64,000 nt of DNA, taken from IMG/VR virus record IMGVR_UViG_3300017788_000010; one strand, 5' to 3'. The notes beneath the pieces are model-generated. The model ran no database searches. It saw only the letters and a list, made by a program, of their open reading frames with translations, and had not been told where the DNA came from. The position numbers were made by a program, and so were the translations under genes. The stretch comes from a virus. Its lineage: Duplodnaviria > Heunggongvirae > Uroviricota > Caudoviricetes. How positions within the stretch are numbered: the first letter of the stretch is position 1; each line of letters begins with the position of its first letter. Below, in pieces: positions 1 through 10,000 of this stretch.

Positions 1-1058
1 ATTATCTTACCAACAGTGCCGGAGGCTCCTACAGAGGGTACGGTAAAGGATCCGCTAACGAATATGGACAGGTCCGAAATCGTCTGGGACATTACTATCA
101 AACCAAACTCTGTCAGCCCGTGGATATGATCCGCTCTAGCTGATTGTTTAGATGTACCGGCCACAGCACTGGCGGGTTTGAAGTTGACACCCAGCTTGAT
201 CGCCTGGTCTTCAACTACAGCCGCTAACGAGCTGGCTAAGTTAACATGCAGAAGCGCGACCTTAGGTTCGGTTGTATTGCCTGAAGGTGCGTTGTCTCCA
301 GTGTAGACGACCTCAACAAACGACGACGTTGGTGTGGGCTGTATATCCTGAATAGCGCCAATTAGCGTCGTCAGCCCGCCTCTAGGTAATAGCCCTTCTG
401 TGCTCCCACCATCTACGCCGGGATTTACCGCGGCGTCGGGTATTCTATCGGTGCTTAGATGAGAGGCGGCGTGCGGCTGTGCCGGCTGAGCTGTTGCGGC
501 CGGTAGAGTGAATAAGTCAGCAGAGTTACCAGTGTAGACAAAACCACCTGTATTGAGGTTATATGTCAAAAAGCCAAGCTGTACAAAACCAACGTCGCCT
601 GCACCGAGAACCGGCTCTTCCGGTGGGTTGGTTATTACAGTACCGACAGTCACCTCCACTCTACCTATATCTTCAAAAGCCACAGGGGTGGTTAAATCTT
701 GTTGCACTGCTATAGAATCAGGATTAAGCGATAAAAAGTTACGCTCTTCCGGTATAGGCGCTTTTTTTAGAATGAAATAGATACCAAGAACCAGGTCTGT
801 GGTTGTTGACCGCGTCCACTGTGTTTCTGGAACATAGCTTACGGCCCCTTCTACAGCAAAGAACTGGTAGGGGACCGTAATAGTGATGATATTGTTATTC
901 GCTGAATAGACGGGCGGCGTCGCATTAAATAGAAGTCTCCCGCTCGACCCACCTACTGCCTGCAGTAATGAGAACAGCGCCTCCTCCGTATAGGTGTGAA
1001 GGTTGTTCATATCGCTGACCAGGGGCTTGACGCCTGCTACAAAGTGAACTTTTTTCAT
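1..1058 (-). CDS. Structural (tail-fibre-like) protein, 5' part only; gene runs off the window start
   Basis: Minus-strand ORF is open from the ATG at 1058 to position 1 (at least 352 codons, no stop). It was missing from the ORF track because it is unterminated. It is Ser/Thr/Gly/Val-rich like fibre proteins and sits directly downstream of the giant fibre gene. Confidence 0.5.
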   Translation of the reverse strand, partial: MKKVHFVAGVKPLVSDMNNLHTYTEEALFSLLQAVGGSSGRLLFNATPPVYSANNNIITITVPYQFFAVEGAVSYVPETQWTRSTTTDLVLGIYFILKKAPIPEERNFLSLNPDSIAVQQDLTTPVAFEDIGRVEVTVGTVITNPPEEPVLGAGDVGFVQLGFLTYNLNTGGFVYTGNSADLFTLPAATAQPAQPHAASHLSTDRIPDAAVNPGVDGGSTEGLLPRGGLTTLIGAIQDIQPTPTSSFVEVVYTGDNAPSGNTTEPKVALLHVNLASSLAAVVEDQAIKLGVNFKPASAVAGTSKQSARADHIHGLTEFGLIVMSQTISDLSIFVSGSFTVPSVGASGTVGKI

Positions 1059-1082
1059 TTTATCTACTTAAGTATAGTCGAA

Positions 1083-4000
1083 TCAGAATAATTGTCCAGG
1101 CGGGCCGGGGAGCGGGGAGGTGAGTGCTCTAAACAAGTTGAAGGACATTTGCTGGCTTGCTGAGCCGGTTTGGGAGGGGGCGTGCCCGAAATAATCGCGG
1201 CCGCCAACGAAGTTATTGTCAAATCCGGAGACGTTTAGTGCCGGGGGGTCACTAGATTCCGAATTCGCAGTGGTTACGTTAGATATACGCACGACGGGTC
1301 TAGGGGCGTGCCGTATATCGTTACCCTCCATGTAAACAGTACGGGGGCCACCTATGAACACGCCTGTTCTAGTGCCCGCACCAGGATTGGCTCCGGTTAG
1401 GAATGAGGCGGCCTGCCGCAATCCGATAGGGGTTTGACCAGGGGTGACCCACGGCGCCCGGACTTGTTTACTTGGACTATCGCTAGCATTAACCAGCTCA
1501 ACAGTATTGGCTCCATACACATTTGTATACATGATGTTGTTTCTCATGTAAAAGTCACCAAGCTGGTGCGCGCCGGGATAGTTTGTTTGCGGTGCACCTA
1601 GACGAACAACACCACTCGGGTACAACGGGTCTCCTTGAGCCCACGGAGGGGTTATTTCTATGTAATCTGTTTTACCGGCGGTGGACCAGGTCGGATGTCC
1701 ATAGGCCCTGTTTCTATATGGGTGTAGCGGATTGTTTATATCCGTCGTACTTTCCGGCCACACAGTGCCGTCCCTGTAAGCAATACAGTTCTGGTCGTTT
1801 GCCCCGCCTAAAAGCATTTGTCTAGTAATCGTGAATATGTAGTAGGCAGGGTGGCCCGGAGAGAAATGCTGGTACAGGCCGGGCGAGATTATAGGAAGGC
1901 CGCGGGTGTATTGGTTCAGGTCTACCGGATTCAGTACAGGACCGGCCGCGTCGGTCATGTACGGGAAATACCAGCTCATATCCTGCTTATTACCGGTCGG
2001 TTTAAAGGCGGACCCACTGTACATAACTAAGAACGCTGTGCCACTAGAACCCCCGTTACCAAATACGTGACGCAGCTCGCTATTGAACCCATTCAGGTGA
2101 TAGTTGTTGTCCATGTAGGTGGTGCCACCGTGCTCAGTTATACCAACATGAACGTTACCGTCGTTGAGACCAGAATCGGCGAACTTGTTGCCTTTGATTA
2201 CGAGATCAGTTCCTATAGAAGAGTAGTTAAGGCGGTTGTTGCCTGTTATCCAGCCCGCTCTACCGGGGACGCTGTTATCATAAGGCTGCGGATAGTTATC
2301 CCATCTACGCCACGTGAATTGTAGGTTCAATCTACCCGCATAACGGAACGTGGAGTTCTCTACGTGAATTCCAAAGCAGTTATGTGTGTAGATGTTGTGT
2401 TCTTTTTGCATGTACGCCACTAGGCTAGACAGGAAGTAATAGCCTTCGTGCGTGTAAACCTGCTTACCCCATTTAGTACTATGTCCGTGATCTGGGTAAG
2501 TGATGTTCTTCACCGGTGACGGCCACCAGCGGCGTAAATCCAGCTCAAAGTTTAGATGGTTAGGGTCGCCGGGCCAACCCGGAGCAAAATACCGTCCGGC
2601 GTAGCTGGTAGGCCGCAAACTACCAGAAGAATTGAAAACACGCATACCTCCCTCAATAGTAAAGGCTTTGAGAGAAGAACGACCACGCGTTTCTGTGGTA
2701 AGCGGAAGCGTTAAGGCGGCCTGCGGAATACCTACAGCGGAGGCGGTAGGCGATAGATCCACAACAATTGACAGCGGTGCGCTGGCCTTGAAGTTATAGG
2801 CGCCCGGGCGTACGGTGGGCGACATTCCAGGTCTAATACGCACATTGATTGTTACGGATTGTCGTACTCCTGCAGGAAGAGGAGACAAGCACTTCAACAT
2901 GGGAGCGCCGTACACGGTAGCTGCAGCTGTAGTCGGTGTGAGGGGTGTAATGAACCCGTCAACCATATTTGTGGCAAAACCGCCCTTACCTATGCCGGCG
3001 AGATTAGGTGAGTACACCGTACCATCAGCATACGCCCAACGCCACTTACGTAGGTAATCGGGGCTGCTAATAGTCACCATAAACGAGTCGGTGATGCCGG
3101 TCACGCCATGGTTTGTTTGTGAGCTGATTCCTATTGCCGGTGTGCGGTAGTTTATCGAACCAGCTAAGCCGTGACCTGCCGGCGGTGTGGTGTCTTCTAA
3201 CAGCGAAACCAGAATCGGGATAGAGAACGGCACTGACCGCGAGACCGTGGTTAGATAAGGTATCACCGGGTTCCGCGCCATTACCTCCCAACGTGTGTCC
3301 GGTTGACTTACCCCACCAGTGGTCACGTTTACAAAGAAGTACTGCGGCAACGATCCCGGTACCTGAGACCCGTTTCTTGTAACTATGGCTTCAAACGCGT
3401 AGCGACCGGCCTTTCTAAAGCGCACATTCTGGTAAGACCACACACCCGCATAAATATCGCCCGACAATGGGCGGCTAGGCACCGTAGTGTTCGCTCTGTA
3501 GCTTAACCCTCTAGTGAGCTCGCCGAAAGGTAGAACACGTGTGGATGTCCAGAACGGAGAGGTCGATAGGATCTCAGGCGTGGCCCCTTGCGCCTGCTCG
3601 ACGTTAGCGAACACGTCGTTAGAACCAGAGTTCACCCCACCACCCCAAACACAAGAGGCTAGCGCCCCGCTGGCTATTACCGGACGTACAGTTACTCTAT
3701 AATCATTAACACCATTTCCAGTTGTGTAGATATCTGGATTCAGATATCTGAATATTGTGCCTGTAGGGTCGCTTAGGGGTGTGCGCGAGGACGGAGGGAT
3801 TCCTTGAATGACGCCCTTCAAAGACACAGGTTGATCCACAGCCGCGCTCACTAACAAGCTGTTAGCCACTGCGGGGCTCTGATTAACTGTATACCCCGGG
3901 AGCTCTGATGAGAAGCAAGCTAAGGCCTCCGATATCTGTATATTCATGCTATACAGAGGGCTATCACCAGCACCCAGTGCAGGGGTAGTTATAAGATTAC

Positions 4001-7000
4001 CTAGATGATTAAACTGCTGCTGAGCCGCAAGAGTTGTCGCGAGCATTGAGCGCGTATGGCGTCTAGGCGTAAGAGAGATGGTTCTATAGTCCCATCTTCC
4101 TAAGAATGCGCACTTGACCCACTTAATGTCTCTATAGAAATAGTCCGCAGTTCCGTTAGCATTATCGCCTACGCCCCAGTTCAGACCATCTCTACCGTCA
4201 CACATGACCTTCAAACCTAAGAAAGTCATGAAGCTTGGTCTGTCAATACCAGCGGATGTGACGGTAGCTGTTAGGGTTGTGCCGCTATCGGCCATAACCG
4301 CCGTCTGTACTTGCGGATTAGCTATTAAAACAGGCTCAAACTCGATAACGGAGCCCACGGGGCGCTTTTTAGCTCTTACGATATAAGGCTGCTGCCGAGA
4401 CACGCCTCTGTGCATACCTATCCTGTTAAGAGCCGATCCTATCTCATAGGCCCATCCTGCATACGCGCCCGCGGATACTTCAACAACCTCTGCCGCACCT
4501 AATCCATTAGTTACAGGTATGATTGGGTTAGGGATAGAGGCACTAGGGTAACTGTTTCTCATAGCGTCTCGTAGTGACGCGCTATATATACCAAACGGAG
4601 CGTTCGGGGTATTCCAAGGACCTAGCGTGGGTAAGCGGCGACGCCATCCGTTAGGCGATACCTCAATAGTCGGGGACAGGGTCTCTTCGTTGGGGTTATA
4701 GGCAGCCCCGATCACATTTATTGTAGCGACGGCTGCTTGGTACGGTGGAGTGGCTGAGCTAAAGTAATTAGTCAGATTAGCGTACAGCGTGCCAGCGTTA
4801 TTAGTATCTGCCGGTTGTAGTGAAAGCAACACTTCTCGCGGAGACAGGTACGTGAAGTTTCTGTTGGTACCTGCAATGGATATCGTCATTCCTCTAGGAG
4901 AATCCTGTAAGAAGCGATTCCCTTTTATCGAAACAACTACAGCGCCTACACCGGCACTTACAGAAGAAGGTGTAACCGAGGTTATTGAAGGAACATAGTT
5001 TAGAACGTTCACTACAGAAGACAGTCCTGTAGGCGACATAACGTAACCAACGCCACCGGCAGGAGAGTGCGTGGCTTTGAACACGTACTGACCGTAGCTA
5101 CTTACAGCCAGCGAAGCTGCCGGGAATACGGCCTGCCCGCTTGAGAACGACTGCCATAATGTCAGCGTTCCTGTGAACATAGCAGACTGCGGAGAGGTTA
5201 TTAACACAGCCGCGCCGGTGGCGGTTGTGGCTATCATATCCTCCCTAGTAAACGCATTCACAACCACCTGTTGCGGACCGGACACCCAGCCCCCGCCGAC
5301 TCTTATAGCTGTAGGAATCTGTGATGATGAGGCGGGATTTGTCGGGTCGCTTTGGAAAGACAGATACCACGGTGAGGTAGACGGCGGCGTAGCCAACGTG
5401 ATAGCCTGAACTCCGGAGTTACCTGTGCTGAAGGGCTGGCTAACAACTGTGTAGGCTACACGATTACCAGCAGCTGGGTAGTCACTGGGTGATAGCGTAA
5501 AAGTGACTTTATTGCTATTAACAAACGTAGTTGTGCGCGTGACCACATCTGACGCGTTCGGTATCGTATAGTACAACACAGCCGCGGTATTAGTGAAACC
5601 AGACCCGATAAGCGACACAACCTGTGTTCCTAGCGGGCTGTATGTGAAAGGCGAGGCGCGTTGAACAACGGGGGCGCTAACAAGAGTGCTGAACGTCCCG
5701 CTGGCCGGGGTTACTACAGGTTCACCTATAGCCGGTGAATATGAGGCCGTAAGTCTGTACTGACCGAAGCTGTTAACACTGAAGCTGCCTGTGAGTACGC
5801 TATTTGTAAACTTCAGCGGAGCTGTTGCTGTCAACGCTCCAACAAATGGCGGGTATAGCGGGTCATTAAGCGGGCTGAGTGTCAGCCGTAGATTACCGGC
5901 GGCGTACGTAGCGAGCGCTCCGCCGGCGCCAGTAACGGTAGAGGTGAAGGGCACCGTAGCGCCAGCATTGAACTGCCCAGAAGGGAAGCTTAGTGTAAGC
6001 GCCTTGGGAGACACAACAACAGGCGGAACAAATATGGGCGAAACGTTTATGAAAACAGAGTTGCTTACCTGATTAGCTGCTGTAGGCACTCTAACCTGAA
6101 CAGGGTAGGTTCCTTGTACCGCTATATCACCTACGTTTAAGAAGGCCTGTACATGTCCAGGGGAGACAAAGTTTGTCGGCTTAGCTGAGTTATTGAACAG
6201 TATAGAGCCGGCTGAGGTAAAGTTGCTACCAAAAACGTTTATTAAAGGCGCGGCTGTTGCGCTAGGAGCAAACCAAGAAGGGGACACCTGAGCCACGAAA
6301 GGGTCGGGGTCATACACTGTTAGGAACTGTGACAGCGGGGCGGGTCTTGCGGGGCCTAGTGTCACAGGAGAGTGTGTAGCATCTATTCTGTACGTACCTG
6401 CCGTCGCTATGACGGGCTGCACCGTGGCTATACCGGCAACAGGAGAAGCGCTAAAGGTACTGACGTACTGGTTTATTCCTGTGTAAACGTTTACCTTGAA
6501 AAGACCGTCAGCTGCTGTTGCAATAGCGTTCGACGGGCTCTGGAACGCGGTCACTGTTATGAATTCAGCCTGTCCTTTGTTCCAGAACAGCGGGACAGTC
6601 CCCAGCTGCAGGTAGTGCGGAGACAGGATTATAGGTGCGGGGTTGGTTACAAGGAATCCTACAAAATTAGACGTACCGCCGCCAGGGGTTGGGTTGGTCA
6701 CGGTTATGCGACGCAGACCAGGCGGAGGCACTAGCTGCAGAGCTAAGTTGATTCTGCCCGGAGACACATAAGTAACGTTTGCTGAGGGTACGGGTACGCT
6801 AGAAACGTTGACCGTGGACTCTGGGAGGAAGTCCTGTCCAAATATAGCAACGCTCTGTGTGCCGTAATTTATAGCAGCCGTAGTGGGTGACCGCCCTGTT
6901 ATGACGGGCGCCGGGTACGGGACTACGACATCGACAGTGTCTGTCAAAGTACCTGAACTGAACTCTATTGTCTTATTACCGTAGGTATTGAACGACAACC

Positions 7001-10000
7001 CAGAGAACACCGCTACACCCGATACAGGAGATCTAGTCAGCGTACCTTGCAGGCCTGTTCCGCTAGTGAGGGTCGCCGTGACTAGAGTAGACCACGCAGT
7101 ATCTACCGCATTTATGTTATTCAACGCCGTCACAGTAACGGTGAACGGTGAGTTGAGTGCTTGCCCGGTTATCGTAAACGGCTGCGCATCTATTCTCACC
7201 GCAGTAGACGGTGGGACAGAATTCTGATTGTTCAGATGGTTGTACAACTCAACAAACGCAGCAGATACATCGGCAAAGGTTCCGGCACATAGGTACCGGT
7301 CACGCATATGCACACCCTGTGCATATCCGCTACGAGCCTGATTGGCCTCTCTGCTGATGAACACGATATGCGGATTCGGTGATGTCTCGTATATGACATC
7401 TGTGGTGATTATGTGTGTCGGCTTGCTGGGGCCGTTGTGGTATAAACCGATAGCGCGAGAGTAGTCACTATTTGACAATATCACCCCACCCCTAAACGTG
7501 GTGGTTAAGTGATGCATACGACCGTCTTCTGGGGCGGATAGTGTTATTGGGGTGCCTACTAGCCGCCCGCCGTCGCCTACGTTGAAAGAATGCGCAACAG
7601 TGAACGGGCTCTGCACAGCGAAGCTATGCACCCACGCCGCGCTCTGATTAACCTGAGATATGTAAAAATCAAAGGTGTTGTTTAGTTCAACGATGTGCGG
7701 GTTGTTTAGTGCGTAGGTCTTGACACGCTTGCTAAGCCGGTCACCTGACGCTTCTAGCAGCGCCGAGTTAACCAGTCTAGGCGAAGCAAACGCCGTATAC
7801 ACAGACGTTGCCGCCTCGTAACTGTTGCTAGAAAAAGAGATCAGCCTGGACTTGGGAGACGCCTCGGGAGACAGAGAATCAAAACCCGTCTCACACAACG
7901 TATACGCTCCACCAGCATCCCACTTATTCTGGAACAGGTGTCCTTTTCTATCGGCGTAGAGGTAGTTGTAGGCTGAGAAAGTGACTGCGGAGATGGCTCC
8001 GTTATTCTTGGCCGACAATGTGATAGTAGGATCATCGCCTATCACTATGTCCGAGGTCATCGGCGATAGGGTCGTGGTGCCGTCAGGGGCTGTACTAGCT
8101 CCAGCAATGAATCCAATAAACTCACTCTGACTAGAAGCGCCTATGCTAGAGCCTATGCTGTTAGCAAAGTACGCCTTACGCACCCATCCTCCAGATGTAG
8201 CGTAAGCGTACGCCACGTTCGGATCATAGTAGACGCGGTCCCCTCTATTGACTGTAAAAAAAGAAGGCGGAACCTGTTCGCCGTCGGCGTCTGTAAGAGC
8301 AAATTCAGAATTAGCAGATACCTGTACACCATCGCTGATATGGTACCCGTCTCTAGATATATTGTAGAGATCTCCTGCTGAAGACAGTGGTGTGTTAACG
8401 AGTCCAGCAACTGTCCAGTCAGTGGCTGCGTCTCCGTCAAGTGTAGACGTCTTAACCAGATCACGTCCTTTACCAGAGTGATCAAACATAATAGAACCGA
8501 AGGCGTTCTCTAGATCATAGTGCAGAACCATCTCAGCTCTGTACTCAGCAAGCGGTCCTTGGCCTACACCAAGCGGCCCGCTCCAGATACCCGCGCCGCT
8601 ATTGTACCAGCCAGACACAACAGCAGGAGAGGCTGTGTATCCGACAAACACCGTCTCATCCAACACAGCTTCTATAGATCTAGAGGCGGTGGTTAGGTTG
8701 GTGTTTGATCCTATATAGAGCGTACCTGAAAAGCTGGCGCTATTCCCTAGAGAAACCGAGGACGCAACGCTATTGACATATAACGTGCTAGTGCCTGTAG
8801 CCACCACAGACGCAGCTAAGAAGGTGCTGGCGCCTCTAGTGAACGTGGTCGGGGCAAACTGAGGGACAGCTGCGGGGGATATGCGCACGCCGAATCTAAA
8901 TCCGTTCGGCGACAGAACCTGCAATAACGCTTGAGGCCCGCTCTGTGTGCGGAATATAATCGGGCTCATACCCGGCGACATACTGTGCGTCGTCGGTATT
9001 TTCAACCAGGTTCTGAATGAAAACGCGGGCGATAACGCCAGCGTACCTGTAAGCGCGCGGTTATTTGTTAGAGAAACCGAGCGACCGTTCGGTCTGTTAC
9101 CGAAAGAGTTATAAAGGCTATAGGTGTAGAACGGGCTTGTGTAGGTTGATTTAAGAACGAGGTTGGCTAGCCCGTGGTTTGTAGAATAGGTTGAAGCCCA
9201 CGCTGATCCCTTTAACAGCATGGTAGCGCGCTCAGTGGTTAGATAAAGCCTATTAGCTGCTGGTTGCGTATCCGGTCCGTATGCGTGCGCGTACGCCTCG
9301 GGGCCGGAAATAAAGCTGCCTGGATCATATAGCTGCGAAATGTTGTCTACTGCCCCAGAAAAGACGCCGCTTAGGTGGCTCTCACCAACCACAAGGGTAT
9401 CTACAACAGGGTTGCCAGCCACGCTCAACAAAGGAGACGAGGAGATTAGCTGTCCACTAAAAGTCTCCGCCAAACCCGCCGCGTTGTTAAATTCTGTATA
9501 CACCGCCGCCGCCGTCTCGGAGGGCTTTATTAGAGCTAGCAGCCGACGCAGGTCGTCTAACGCGGAAGCGCTCTTGACACTATTCCAATCAAGTTTAAGC
9601 GTGAATAGGTGATGCTTCAGTACAGAAGACAGGCGCGCAGCTAACCAGGTCAGATCTTCCGCACTTACAAGCGCCCGGCCCTCGGCAGGCAGGGTGTCTA
9701 GTCCTGTAAAGGCGTCGAGGCGTCGCGTGGCTCTTGACCATACGGTATAACGCCATATAAGCGGACGGAATACGCCGCCTCCGTACGCACCTGCACCAAA
9801 AGTCAGATCACCCCAACCTGTGATCTTTTCCGCTATAGTAAGGTCTTCTAGGAGCAACTGATGCGGCCCTAGCACCTTTGTCACGCGAATGAGCTGTGTA
9901 GGTTCAGCGTCTACAGTTCCGACAACGTCTAGTGGAACAAACTCGATCTTTATGAGATCGTCCGGACGAACCTCTGCGTCTATAAAATCTACTGAATAGT